Positions 9,048-17,957 of a stretch of 32,000 nucleotides of DNA are shown piece by piece. The notes under the pieces were generated by a model, which ran no database searches, was not told the DNA's origin, and saw nothing but the letters and a program-made list of their open reading frames with translations. Origin of the DNA: Breznakia sp. PF5-3 (GTDB lineage Bacteria; Bacillota_I; Bacilli_A; Erysipelotrichales; Erysipelotrichaceae); the NCBI RefSeq assembly GCF_029504745.1, contig NZ_JAQFIQ010000021.1:8923-40922 (forward strand). Direction: 5' to 3'. Within the stretch, counting starts at the first letter, position 1, and every line of letters begins with the position of its first letter. Made by a program: the position numbers and the translations under genes.

Positions 9048-9923
9048 ATGAAAAAATATACAATTGTAACAGACTGTACATGTGATTTATCACTTGATCT
9101 TATCGATCGATATGATATCAAAGTAATTCCGATGGAATTTACGATCGATGATGAAAAGCATTTACATAGTGCAGATTTTAAAGTATTTAAGGAAATAAAA
9201 TTTTATGATCGTCTTCGTAATGGTTCTATGGCATCTACGTCACAAATCAACCCATTCACTTATACTGAATTTTTAACACCATATCTAGAAGCAGGGAATG
9301 ATATTTTATATGTTGCCTTTTCTTCTGGATTAAGTAGTACATATGAATCATCTGTAATCGCAATCAATGAGTTAACGGAAAAGTTTCCCGAACGAAAGAT
9401 TATCACAATTGACTCTTTAGCAGCTTCGGCAGGTGAAGGGCTGATGGTATATTATGCTTGCTTGAATCGTGAACAAGGGATGACAATAGAAGAAAACAAA
9501 GAATGGTTGGAAAGTCATGTGCAAAATTTTGCACATTGGTTTACAGTGGATGATTTACATCATTTGAAACGTGGAGGACGTGTTTCAGCTGCAACAGCGA
9601 TTGTTGGTTCAGCATTAAGTATTAAACCAGTCTTACATGTTGATGAGACGGGACATTTGGTAAGTATATCAAAGGCACATGGTAGAAAGAAATCGCTAAG
9701 TACACTAGCACAAAAATTGAAAGATACAATTTTAGAACCAAAAGGTCAAGTGATTATGATATCACATGGGGACTGTTTGGAAGATGCACAGTTTTTAAAA
9801 GATAAAATTATAGAAAGTGTTCCAGTCGCAGATGTTATTATATCTGATATTGGACCAGTGATTGGAGCTCATTCAGGACCTGGTACAGTGGCATTGTTCT
9901 ATTTTGGAAAATCTAGATATTAA
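9048..9923 (+). CDS. DegV family fatty-acid-binding protein
   Basis: 291-aa ORF with the typical DegV layout (MKKYTIVTDCTCDL ..., TSQINP, SSTYESS, GPGTVALFYFG). Confidence 0.85.
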   Translation: MKKYTIVTDCTCDLSLDLIDRYDIKVIPMEFTIDDEKHLHSADFKVFKEIKFYDRLRNGSMASTSQINPFTYTEFLTPYLEAGNDILYVAFSSGLSSTYESSVIAINELTEKFPERKIITIDSLAASAGEGLMVYYACLNREQGMTIEENKEWLESHVQNFAHWFTVDDLHHLKRGGRVSAATAIVGSALSIKPVLHVDETGHLVSISKAHGRKKSLSTLAQKLKDTILEPKGQVIMISHGDCLEDAQFLKDKIIESVPVADVIISDIGPVIGAHSGPGTVALFYFGKSRY

Positions 9924-9928
9924 AAAAA

Positions 9929-9962
9929 GGTTGAGAACCATATAGTGGTTCTTGACCTTTTT
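9929..9962. terminator. Bidirectional terminator shared by the convergent DegV and solute-binding-protein genes
   Basis: GGTTGAGAACCA-tatag-TGGTTCTTGACC, a 12-bp stem with two G-T wobbles, flanked by an A-run and a T-run. Confidence 0.7.
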
Positions 9963-11265
9963 ATTCTTTTAGTGAGGTTTCAATTTTATTTTGTAAAGAA
10001 ACCATTTCCGTTTTAATATCACTTTCACTATTTATGATTCTATATATTTCATTATCAATCAAAGAAGTAACGCTTTCAAATTTTTTGAACCGATATTGTG
10101 TCTTTCCATTTTCCATTACTTCATTTAATAGATACATTTGAAATAGGCTATCCCCTGGAGTATCACTGGAAATAATATCAATTGCTTCCTCAGATTTTGT
10201 TATCTCACGTAAAACGGATACCCCTTGTGAATGCTTAAAAATTTCTAATTGTGTTTGCTGATCATAGGATAAAAGTTTTAGTAGTTCCCAAGCTTCATCT
10301 TTATGCTTTGATTGAGCATTCATACCAATTAATAATGTATCAACCTTTGAAATGTTATCACCATTGGGACCCGAAGGAAGCATTACACAATCCCATTCAA
10401 AGTTAGAGTATTTTTTTACTTTCCAGGGATAAGGTTTATAAGTGCGATATTCAGAAAATGGCATGATACAGAAAGCAACATTTCCTTCATCAAACATTTG
10501 TGAAGTGACATGAACATTGTCATTCAATTCGTTTAATTGTCGTAAAAATCGAATTGATTCAATCGCGTTGGTATTATTGAAATCATTAACGTCTTCTTTT
10601 TCATCAAAAAGAGCAATTCCATTTGCAAACATAGCATCTTCCCATGTGTATCCATAAACGCCAAATTGATCTATTTTTCCATCATTATCTGTATCTTTTG
10701 ATACCTTTTTACAAATTTCATAAAAATCATTCCATGTCCAATTATTGTTAGGTAGTGAAATACCTTCCTTCTCTAATAATGACTTATTTACAAAGACAAG
10801 GTTAGGAACACTTTCATAGGGTAATGCATACATATGGTTATTATCCATTCCAGTAGCGTAAGAGGAAGGGTAATAGGCTTCTGTATCAAAATTATTATCA
10901 TTAGCAATATAAGAGTCTAAGTTTTCAAGTAAACCAACTTGATGAAAGGTTGTAAAATCATCAGATAGAACAAAGAAAATATCAGGTGCATCACCATTTA
11001 AAGTTTCCCCTGCTAACCACTCTGAATAATCACTTTTTCTAATCCCGCTCATAAATTTTACACGAACATTAGGATGTTCCTTTTCGTAGCGCTCTATAAC
11101 ATTTTGAACAATTTGATAAGAGTCTGCCGTAGGGACATCCCAATTACTTCCCGCAAAAACCCCAATGGTAATTACTTTATGAGAACTTTGGATGATCGCA
11201 TATCCAACTCCAACGCATAAACAGATAGCAATTGCTATAATTGATATTATATATTTTCGTTTCAT
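9961..11265 (-). CDS. Extracellular solute-binding protein (ABC family-1 type, sugar-like), membrane-anchored, with no cognate permease or ATPase nearby
   Basis: 434-aa ORF with an N-terminal hydrophobic anchor (IISIIAIAICLCVGVGYAII) followed by a family-1 SBP-like sequence. Its ATG overlaps the regulator stop (ATGA). Confidence 0.75.
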   Translation of the reverse strand: MKRKYIISIIAIAICLCVGVGYAIIQSSHKVITIGVFAGSNWDVPTADSYQIVQNVIERYEKEHPNVRVKFMSGIRKSDYSEWLAGETLNGDAPDIFFVLSDDFTTFHQVGLLENLDSYIANDNNFDTEAYYPSSYATGMDNNHMYALPYESVPNLVFVNKSLLEKEGISLPNNNWTWNDFYEICKKVSKDTDNDGKIDQFGVYGYTWEDAMFANGIALFDEKEDVNDFNNTNAIESIRFLRQLNELNDNVHVTSQMFDEGNVAFCIMPFSEYRTYKPYPWKVKKYSNFEWDCVMLPSGPNGDNISKVDTLLIGMNAQSKHKDEAWELLKLLSYDQQTQLEIFKHSQGVSVLREITKSEEAIDIISSDTPGDSLFQMYLLNEVMENGKTQYRFKKFESVTSLIDNEIYRIINSESDIKTEMVSLQNKIETSLKE

Positions 11266-11936
11266 TCGTGTGAACTATTTTTGCGATTTCCGCTTTGTAG
11301 ATACCAAATTGCCAACTGCGTGCGATCGCGAAGTTGTAATTTGTCTAGAATAATACTTAAGTAATTGCGAATAGTACCTTCTGTAAAATGAAGTTCATGA
11401 GCAATTTCTTTATTTGAAAGACCTAAACCAACCTTTTCGATTACTTGCCATTCTTTATCACTTAAATTTTGAACACCACTTTCATCAGTTTGGATATTTA
11501 CTTGGCTATGATTTGCCATTTCTGAAAATAAGTTGATAGCCTTTGTTGCAACATTAGGATGAATGATGGAACCACCATTATGCACTGTTTTAATAGCAGA
11601 AGTTAGTTCATTAGGAGATACTTCTTTCAATAAATATCCATCTGCTCCATATTTTAATGCGTTATAGATATATTCATCATCATCAAAAGTAGTCAACAAA
11701 ATGATTTGAATATCAGGATACGTTTCTTTGATGATCTTTGTACACTGCACACCATCCATCTCAGGCATTCTAATATCCATTAGAATTAGATCAGGTTTCT
11801 TTTTTTGGATACTATTTAATACCTCAGCACCTGTTTTAACTAAATCAATAACTTGAAAATCATCTTTTGCATTCAATAAGATATTTAAACTTTCTCTAAT
11901 TAATTCTTGATCATCCGCAATAATAATATTAATCAT
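11262..11936 (-). CDS. Two-component response regulator, NarL/FixJ (LuxR-type HTH) family
   Basis: Receiver domain (DDQELIRE ... LILMDIRMPEMDG ... LLTTF ... GADGYLLK) plus a C-terminal LuxR HTH (LSNKEIAHELHFTEGTIRNYLSIILDKL). AAGGAG lies 7 nt upstream of the ATG. Confidence 0.9.
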   Translation of the reverse strand: MINIIIADDQELIRESLNILLNAKDDFQVIDLVKTGAEVLNSIQKKKPDLILMDIRMPEMDGVQCTKIIKETYPDIQIILLTTFDDDEYIYNALKYGADGYLLKEVSPNELTSAIKTVHNGGSIIHPNVATKAINLFSEMANHSQVNIQTDESGVQNLSDKEWQVIEKVGLGLSNKEIAHELHFTEGTIRNYLSIILDKLQLRDRTQLAIWYLQSGNRKNSSHE

Positions 11937-13245
11937 TCATATTCTCCTTCCGCAGTGGAATTTCAGCGACCACAACAAACCCATCTAGACCATAGACACG
12001 CATCGTTCCATTCAACAAATCAATTCTCTCTTTCATATGATGTAAACCAAATCCATACTGTATTTTTTTACTTCCGATTCCATTATCTTCAATTAATAAT
12101 ATTATATTATTGTTATCCAGTGCAATCGAAACAAATATTTTTGTTGCATTCCCATGTCGAACGGAGTTTGTTATAGATTCCTGAATAATACGATAAATAG
12201 TATCTTCTTCATCAGGTTCAAAAGCTAAGGTTGGCATATGGCAAGCAAAGCGTATTTCAATATCAGAAAGTAATTGAAAATCGGCAATCATCTGTTCAAT
12301 GGCTTCTTTTAAAGTATGTCTTTCAAGGGCATCAGGACGTAGCTTGTTGACTGATCGACGTACATCGGTAAGACCTTGTCTAGCCGTTTTAGATAAACGC
12401 TCTAATTGCTTTTTAGATGCCTCTGGATTATCATCAAGTAACATCATTGATGCATCAATGCCCATAGACAAACCAGTTAGTGTATGCCCTAAAGTATCAT
12501 GTATTTCTCTAGCCAAACGATTTCGTTCTTTTGTTTCTCCCATTTTTTCTTGAATACTTGCATATTCTTGTAATTGTTTATTCAAAAGCTGTAATTCACT
12601 ATTTAATTGTAAAACCCTTCTACTTTCATTTACTTCTTTTAAAATCATCATCACCATGATTAATAAAAATAAAACAATGCTAATCGTATTTAATGAATTC
12701 ATAATTACATTTAAAATATTTTGTGTATCACTACCAAAAAAAGAAGTATAATCATTAAATGAAACCATTGGTATAAAAGATAACAGATTGAAATTACATA
12801 GCATATAAATAATAACAGTAATGAATAAATATAAATAACGTTTTTCATTAAACCTAGCATATACAAAAAAATTGGTCATTACTAGTAGTAAGATGGAATT
12901 ATTTGCAAAACTGGTATAGTACATAATAATCATGCTTAAGGAAATTACTGTGATATAAATAAAAACATTCATGAAACGTGTTAATTCTTGAATTTTTTTG
13001 ATTTGTAGCAAACATAATAAAATGCCAAATGAAATAATAGAAAAGACAATTATTTGATAGGGTGGAGAAGGAGGTAAGGTACTTAATTTTTCCAAAAAAT
13101 AAAGTGAAGAATGATTATCAATCATTCTTTGGATACAAATGTACATAACTCCAGAAATAAAAGAAATGATAATGAAGTTAATACAGCATAGAACTAGATA
13201 TGCCAAATCCAGGCGCTGATTAAGTTTATTTGTATTATTTTTCAT
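11929..13245 (-). CDS. Sensor histidine kinase, HisKA_3 (NarX/DegS-like) type, with a ~6-TM N-terminal domain
   Basis: H-box REIHDTLGHTLTGL and ATPase motifs (NSVRHGNA, DNGIG, GFGLHHM). The N-terminal half contains multiple hydrophobic helices. ATG 13245 is preferred because an SD-like GGGTGG lies 8 nt upstream. The track's GTG 13257 would overlap the upstream gene by 10 nt. Confidence 0.85.
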   Translation of the reverse strand: MKNNTNKLNQRLDLAYLVLCCINFIIISFISGVMYICIQRMIDNHSSLYFLEKLSTLPPSPPYQIIVFSIISFGILLCLLQIKKIQELTRFMNVFIYITVISLSMIIMYYTSFANNSILLLVMTNFFVYARFNEKRYLYLFITVIIYMLCNFNLLSFIPMVSFNDYTSFFGSDTQNILNVIMNSLNTISIVLFLLIMVMMILKEVNESRRVLQLNSELQLLNKQLQEYASIQEKMGETKERNRLAREIHDTLGHTLTGLSMGIDASMMLLDDNPEASKKQLERLSKTARQGLTDVRRSVNKLRPDALERHTLKEAIEQMIADFQLLSDIEIRFACHMPTLAFEPDEEDTIYRIIQESITNSVRHGNATKIFVSIALDNNNIILLIEDNGIGSKKIQYGFGLHHMKERIDLLNGTMRVYGLDGFVVVAEIPLRKENMND

Positions 13246-13247
13246 AA

Positions 13248-14258
13248 TTACTGCCACCCTTCGATTGTATAATTATGAATCGTTTCTTTGGTGATCAACT
13301 CTACATCGATGAGTTCTGTTTTTTGTGGTATATCATCATTTAGTAGTTGGTATCCGATTTCAGCTGCCCTTCTACCCATTCTGATGGGAGATTGAGCAAC
13401 GGTACCACGCATTTTATTATCTCGAATTAATGCTTTTGTCTCTGGTGTGCCATCAACTCCATAAACTAGAATGCCATCTAATAGGTCATGTTCTTGAAGC
13501 GCGGCCATTGCACCCATTGCACTAGGGTCATTTAAAGCCATAACAACATCAAATTTAATTCCTTCTTCAATCGCTTCATTTACGATAGGTGTTGCATTTT
13601 CTAATTGTCCCTCACAGTTTTTCCGATAAACAATATGGTAATGTTCAGGGTCAATTGTATCTGTAAAACCTTGAATCCGTTGGATAGCAGATTGTACATT
13701 GCTATGTTCTAACAGCAAGATGTTTGCTTCATCTAATTGTGACATCATATCTTCAGCAGCTTGAACACCAGCATTGTAATTATCAGAAACAACTGTATAA
13801 GACACTAGTTCATCGTCTTTAATATTTGTATCCACTACGACGACTTTCACATTTTCTTCTTTGCAACGTTTTAATACATCACTTAATCCTTCCCAATCAA
13901 TTGGATTCACAAAAAGAACTTCAATCCCTTTATCAAGCATATAATTAATTTGCTTGATTTGCTCATCCAATGACAATGCTGGATCTAATGTAATAAGAAT
14001 ATCACCGTTTGCTTCCACCACACTTTTTATTTCATCGTTTATAATTTCAAAAAAAGGGTTGTTCATAGTCATATAGGAAGCACCAAAGTAAACAGGTTCT
14101 TTGATACGGTCTTTAATATGCGTTTTTGAATAACTATCAAAACTCAGCAAGCCAATTACAGTAATGGCAAGCGTAAGAATAATAATTGCTACAGCTTTAA
14201 AAGAAAAAGAGCTATTATTTACCATCTTTAAAAAGGCCTCCTTTTTCTTTTTTATCAT
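13248..14258 (-). CDS. Periplasmic-binding-protein type 1 (RbsB-like sugar-binding) protein, membrane-anchored; probable sensory partner of the kinase
   Basis: 336-aa ORF with an N-terminal TM anchor (FKAVAIIILTLAITVIGLL) followed by an RbsB/PBP1-like sequence (VYFGASYMTMNNPFF ... VLFVNPID ... VVVVDT ... VSDNYNAG). AGGAGG lies 9 nt upstream of the ATG. Confidence 0.8.
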   Translation of the reverse strand: MIKKKKEAFLKMVNNSSFSFKAVAIIILTLAITVIGLLSFDSYSKTHIKDRIKEPVYFGASYMTMNNPFFEIINDEIKSVVEANGDILITLDPALSLDEQIKQINYMLDKGIEVLFVNPIDWEGLSDVLKRCKEENVKVVVVDTNIKDDELVSYTVVSDNYNAGVQAAEDMMSQLDEANILLLEHSNVQSAIQRIQGFTDTIDPEHYHIVYRKNCEGQLENATPIVNEAIEEGIKFDVVMALNDPSAMGAMAALQEHDLLDGILVYGVDGTPETKALIRDNKMRGTVAQSPIRMGRRAAEIGYQLLNDDIPQKTELIDVELITKETIHNYTIEGWQ

Positions 14259-14438
14259 ACCATATTTCCTCCTGTTAATACATTTAAAACAAGTCTATAA
14301 ACCGACTTGTTTTTACGAAAATAAATTGTATATTTTGTTAAACAATACAGCTTATGAATGCTTATATCATTATTATAGTAAAGGAAAAAGGCTAAAACAC
14401 TTGATGGATGTCATTGATTTCTTTGACAATTGTCATAA

Positions 14439-14795
14439 ATGTTGAAATATAAATATGGTATTATTATGTATATGATGACAATCATTACCTTTTTATTATT
14501 TTTACAAGTATATGCTTTTTTATCTAGCTTGGTAACTTTAGCAATCTTTTTCGTATATAAATTTATGCGATACCCAAACTACGATATAGATCGTTTTTTT
14601 CTTGTTGTAAATCGAAATGTGCTACTTCTTTTACTTGGTAGTGGTGAGATTATACAATGCTCTTTAGCAGCATTTTTTGTTTACTATTGGTATGGCAGTG
14701 TTAAAATAACCAGTGTTTTTATAGTGATTGTTGTTATTTTTTCGATTATAAAGTTCTACTATTTACAAAAACATAAAAATTATGACGGCAGTTAA
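14439..14795 (+). CDS. Small hydrophobic membrane protein (3-4 TM), function unknown
   Basis: Strongly hydrophobic ORF ending just upstream of a terminator. The start is uncertain (ATGs at 14439, 14466 and 14472) and no clear SD is present. Confidence 0.45.
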   Translation: MLKYKYGIIMYMMTIITFLLFLQVYAFLSSLVTLAIFFVYKFMRYPNYDIDRFFLVVNRNVLLLLLGSGEIIQCSLAAFFVYYWYGSVKITSVFIVIVVIFSIIKFYYLQKHKNYDGS

Positions 14796-14818
14796 AAAAA
14801 GAGCATTCGCTCTTTTTA
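14795..14818. terminator. Bidirectional terminator between convergent genes
   Basis: AAAAGAGC-attc-GCTCTTTT flanked by an A-run and a T-run. Confidence 0.7.
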
Positions 14819-15025
14819 ATTTGTGAAGAAGTCAAGGATGTTCCATCCATCACTTGTTTGACCTTTATATAGTTCTGTAAATCCACACTGTGTACAAGAA
14901 ATTGTTATGAATTTCTTGTTTTGAACATCAAATATTTTAGCGAAGTTTCCTCCAGTAGCTTGAAATTGATCATGCTCATAAGATGTATTTCCACATTTAG
15001 GACAAACATAAGGTTTCTTTTCCAT
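14816..15025 (-). CDS. Small zinc-ribbon protein (two CxxC pairs), function unknown
   Basis: 69-aa ORF with CPKC ... CTQC. AAGGAG lies upstream of the ATG. Confidence 0.7.
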   Translation of the reverse strand: MEKKPYVCPKCGNTSYEHDQFQATGGNFAKIFDVQNKKFITISCTQCGFTELYKGQTSDGWNILDFFTN

Positions 15026-15080
15026 TGGATAATCTCCTTTCCTTACGATATTTCTAATATAACATACAAGAAAGAAAAAA

Positions 15081-16001
15081 TTAAACTTTTTCTTCCTCTA
15101 ATATAATATTTTCCTTTGCTGGAGTAGCTTTCTTTTCTGACAAATATAAACCTAGCAATGTACAGATTGTTCCAACAACAATTGACCAGGTAAGTGGTTC
15201 ATTTAAAATGATTGCTGAAAAAGCAACGGTAACAACAGGAACTAAATAAATATAAGCACTAGAACGCAATGCTCCTAAAACTTTAATTGTATAATTCCAA
15301 GAAACAAAACATACTGCTGAGGCACCAAACCCCAAATACAATAAGTTTAATACCATAATAGGATCACTAAACTTATCTGGTGTGATATGAAAATCCAAAA
15401 AGAATAAGAAAGGAATCATAAAGAGGATACCGAAACTAAAGATTCGTCTTGTTGATTGAATGGTTGTATATTCAAAGGTACTAATTCGTTTCATGATGAT
15501 AGAGTAAAAAGCCCAGACAATGGCTGCAAGGATAGCAAGAATATCACCAATAGGGTTCACTGTAAGTGCAGAAGAGCCATTAAAACTGATAAGAAAAATA
15601 CCAAGTATTGCAATGATAAAACCCAGCATGAAATTGCGATGAATCTTTGCATCCTTAATTAAGATATGAGCTAAGATGGCAGTGAAGAAAGGTGCAGTTG
15701 ATACGATTACACCAATATTTGAAGCAAGGGAATATGTTAATGCTATATTTTCAAATAGAAAATATAATGTAACTCCACTTAACCCAGCCCCGATGAAATA
15801 GAGGTTGTGTCTTTTATCTTTTATTTGCATTCGCTTTGGTTGAATAATATAAAGAGCAATCAAACCGATACAAAAGCGTATAAACAAGATTTCGATTGGA
15901 GTAAAGGTATCAAGTAAAACTTTTGTGGAAATAAAAGTAGACCCCCAAATAATGACTGTGAAGATAGCTGTGATATGTGCGAAGTATTTTGAGTTTAACA
16001 T
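15081..16001 (-). CDS. DMT superfamily (EamA-type) transporter
   Basis: About 10 TM helices arranged as two EamA-like halves. ATG 16001 is preferred over the track start at 16013 because GGAGG lies 5 nt upstream of it. Confidence 0.8.
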   Translation of the reverse strand: MLNSKYFAHITAIFTVIIWGSTFISTKVLLDTFTPIEILFIRFCIGLIALYIIQPKRMQIKDKRHNLYFIGAGLSGVTLYFLFENIALTYSLASNIGVIVSTAPFFTAILAHILIKDAKIHRNFMLGFIIAILGIFLISFNGSSALTVNPIGDILAILAAIVWAFYSIIMKRISTFEYTTIQSTRRIFSFGILFMIPFLFFLDFHITPDKFSDPIMVLNLLYLGFGASAVCFVSWNYTIKVLGALRSSAYIYLVPVVTVAFSAIILNEPLTWSIVVGTICTLLGLYLSEKKATPAKENIILEEEKV

Positions 16002-16098
16002 TGCGTCCTCCATTTTGTATAATATAAGAATTATACTATTTTTCGAACAAATAAACTAGATAAAAAAATAACCTTTACTAAGGTTACTTTATTTCTTA

Positions 16099-16434
16099 TT
16101 AATCATAAATTGTAAAACCTTCTTGAAGAAATACTTCATTAAAGGAATCTAATAATAATCGTTCATGATGGCTATGTTGGTATACATCTTCTTTTGGTGC
16201 TCCACCAATAGCGACATGTGCTTCGATATTGTTGTTTTCAATATCAAATGTTATTAGAAACATAAGGTTACTTTCATCATCATGATGTTCACCTATGATA
16301 TTGATTAAAACATTATCTAATGTCATTTTTGATGAAAGAATACGTCTTCGATTTGTAATAGGTAACTTATCTTGAATTGCTTTCACTTTGTTTGCAAGGC
16401 GTTCTCCTTCATATTGATAATATTGGTTAATCAT
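16099..16434 (-). CDS. Hypothetical protein (111 aa)
   Basis: ORF trimmed to ATG 16434, which is preceded by a strong SD (AAAGGGGGA) with 6-nt spacing. No recognisable motif. Confidence 0.6.
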   Translation of the reverse strand: MINQYYQYEGERLANKVKAIQDKLPITNRRRILSSKMTLDNVLINIIGEHHDDESNLMFLITFDIENNNIEAHVAIGGAPKEDVYQHSHHERLLLDSFNEVFLQEGFTIYD

Positions 16435-16502
16435 AAATATCCCCCTTTTTCTTTCCAGCTTTATCATATCATTAAACGCTAGTTTCATCTATTGAGGTAC
16501 AT

Positions 16503-16545
16503 GGATAAAATAAAAAGTCATTGGCTTAGGGGAACCAATGACTTT
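16503..16545 (-). terminator. Intrinsic terminator with no coding gene upstream (leader attenuator or sRNA 3' end)
   Basis: On the minus strand an 11-bp stem AAAGTCATTGG / CCAATGACTTT with a 10-nt loop is followed by TTATTTTAT. It lies about 70 nt upstream of the 16434 start codon. Confidence 0.65.
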
Positions 16546-16678
16546 AAACTTCTATTTTTAGAGGGAACTATCTGAATATTAATACTTTAGTAAAATCATT
16601 ATGAGAAAAATTAAGGGAACAAATTAATATTCATTAATAGAAGTTTCTCCACTTTCCTATTATATAAGTGGTATCTAT

Positions 16679-16706
16679 ATAATATCATAAAATAGGATAT
16701 TGTCAT
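16679..16706 (-). promoter_or_regulatory. SigA-type promoter driving the structured leader or sRNA
   Basis: On the minus strand: ATGACA (16706-16701), a 16-nt spacer, then an extended -10 TGaTATTAT (TATTAT = 16684-16679). Confidence 0.5.
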
Positions 16707-16743
16707 TTCTAACGCACGAAAGAATAAAAAAGTTTTTAGGGCA

Positions 16744-16752
16744 TGTTATAAT
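16744..16752 (+). promoter_or_regulatory. Extended -10 promoter (TGtTATAAT) for the YjbR-family gene
   Basis: TG at 16744-16745 and TATAAT at 16747-16752, about 50 nt upstream of ATG 16805. Confidence 0.4.
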
Positions 16753-16804
16753 GGGGTTAATATATATTATGTGATGCTATTTATATTATATAGAAAGGAC
16801 TTAT

Positions 16805-17476
16805 ATGTTAGATACAGAAAGCTTGTTTAAAAACAAAAAGATGAATATCGAAGCATTGCTTACCTATGGATTTAAAAAGCATAACGAAGCATATGTTTAT
16901 AAATCAAGCTTAGGAGAAGAACAGTTTGATATGATTGTTACAATTACAAAAACAGGTGAAGTATTAAGTGAGGTAATTGATGTAGCGACAGATGAAACCT
17001 ACATACTTCATCTTTTAAAATCTGCACAAGGATCTTTTGTAAGTGCTATTCGTGAAGAGTATGTAGCAAAACTTAGTGAAGTTGCAGAGTGTTGTTTTGA
17101 TATGGATGTTTTCAAAAGTGAATATGCAAAGCAAGTTATTCAATATGCTAAAGAAACGTATCAGGATGAATTGGAATTTTTGTGGAAGAAAACCCCAAAT
17201 AATGCAATTCTTCGTCGTAAAGAAACAAATCAATGGTATGCGGCATTATTAACAATAAAGAAATCAAAATTAGGAATTATGGAAGATGGATTGATAGAAG
17301 TTATTGATCTTCGATATAATCCAGAAGAACTTGTAACTTTAATAGATAATAAACGATATTTTCCTGGGTATCATATGAATAAAAAACATTGGTATACGAT
17401 TTGCTTAGATGGATCTGTTCCAATTGAAGAAATATATCAGCGTATCGATAAAAGTTATGTATTAGCAAATAAGTAA
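16805..17476 (+). CDS. MmcQ/YjbR family (DUF419) putative DNA-binding protein with an extra N-terminal domain
   Basis: The C-terminal part (NQWYAALLTI ... GYHMNKKHWYTICLDG) matches the YjbR/MmcQ signature. An AAAGGA SD is present. Confidence 0.7.
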   Translation: MLDTESLFKNKKMNIEALLTYGFKKHNEAYVYKSSLGEEQFDMIVTITKTGEVLSEVIDVATDETYILHLLKSAQGSFVSAIREEYVAKLSEVAECCFDMDVFKSEYAKQVIQYAKETYQDELEFLWKKTPNNAILRRKETNQWYAALLTIKKSKLGIMEDGLIEVIDLRYNPEELVTLIDNKRYFPGYHMNKKHWYTICLDGSVPIEEIYQRIDKSYVLANK

Positions 17477-17523
17477 GAAAAAGGTGGAGAAGTTGATAAA
17501 CTCTTTGTATCTCTAAATAAAAT

Positions 17524-17559
17524 AGTACCTAAACCATAAGGCTTAAGTACTATTTTTTT
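17524..17559. terminator. Bidirectional terminator (YjbR-family gene on + strand; former tRNA transcript on - strand)
   Basis: AGTACCTAA ... TTAAGTACT hairpin followed by a T7 run on the + strand. Confidence 0.6.
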
Positions 17560-17563
17560 AAAA

Positions 17564-17595
17564 TGGTGGTCCTGATCGGAATCGAACCAACGACA
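17564..17595 (-). pseudogene. Truncated tRNA-Phe (3' acceptor strand, T-arm and CCA only)
   Basis: TGGTGGTCCTGATCGGAATCGAACCAACGACA matches the 3' 32 nt of the intact tRNA-Phe at 20720-20751 with 2 mismatches. The adjacent terminator-like hairpin is also homologous to the one at 20685-20719. Confidence 0.8.
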
Positions 17596-17957
17596 TAACT
17601 TGAAAATAAACCAACTATAGAAGTGATTGAAGACTTAATTATGAAAATGTATTTATGTATATAAATCCACCATATTTATTGAATACTAGGGCAGAAAACA
17701 ATATAAACACGAAATGACAAAAGTTGACCACATTGATTTGTTAAAAGTCATATTAAAAAGTAATGCAAAAACAATGATCAGTGGTTATACCAATGAACTA
17801 TATAATTCCTTTTTAAAAGACTGGTATCGAATTGAATTTGATTCTTGTGCTGAATTTGGTAAAAAGAGAATCGAGGTTATTTAGTGGAATTATCCAATTG
17901 ATGAACAATGAAATTATTTTAGGAGGAATAGAAAATAAAAAAAGACTAATCATAGTC

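Noticed and set aside
14287-14314. Hairpin AAACAAGTC-N8-GACTTGTTT in the 5' region of the sensor operon, as a possible attenuator
   Set aside because: The T residues are mostly inside the stem, so neither strand has a proper U-tract. I also could not place a convincing promoter upstream of it. This is probably just a stabilising or incidental hairpin.
11907-15662. Track ORFs 11907-12176(+), 12299-12553(+), 14164-14445(+), 14921-15106(+) and 15456-15662(+)
   Set aside because: They are antisense to the kinase, PBP1, zinc-ribbon and DMT genes. They cross terminators or promoters and carry no SD or motif.
16546-16575. Resemblance of minus-strand AGUUCCCUCUAAAAAUAGAAG to the preQ1-I riboswitch tail (CCCUCUAUAAAAAACUA)
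   Set aside because: The required 5' P1 strand (AGAGG) and the rest of the compact preQ1 pseudoknot are absent. The downstream gene is not a queuosine gene. The similarity is limited to a short A-rich string.
17714-17884. 56-codon + strand ORF (MTKVDHIDLLKVILKSNAKTMISGYTNELYNSFLKDWYRIEFDSCAEFGKKRIEVI) just inside the islet
   Set aside because: The sequence is protein-like, but it has no SD and no recognisable motif and lies in a region of gene decay. It may be a remnant. There is not enough support to call it a gene.
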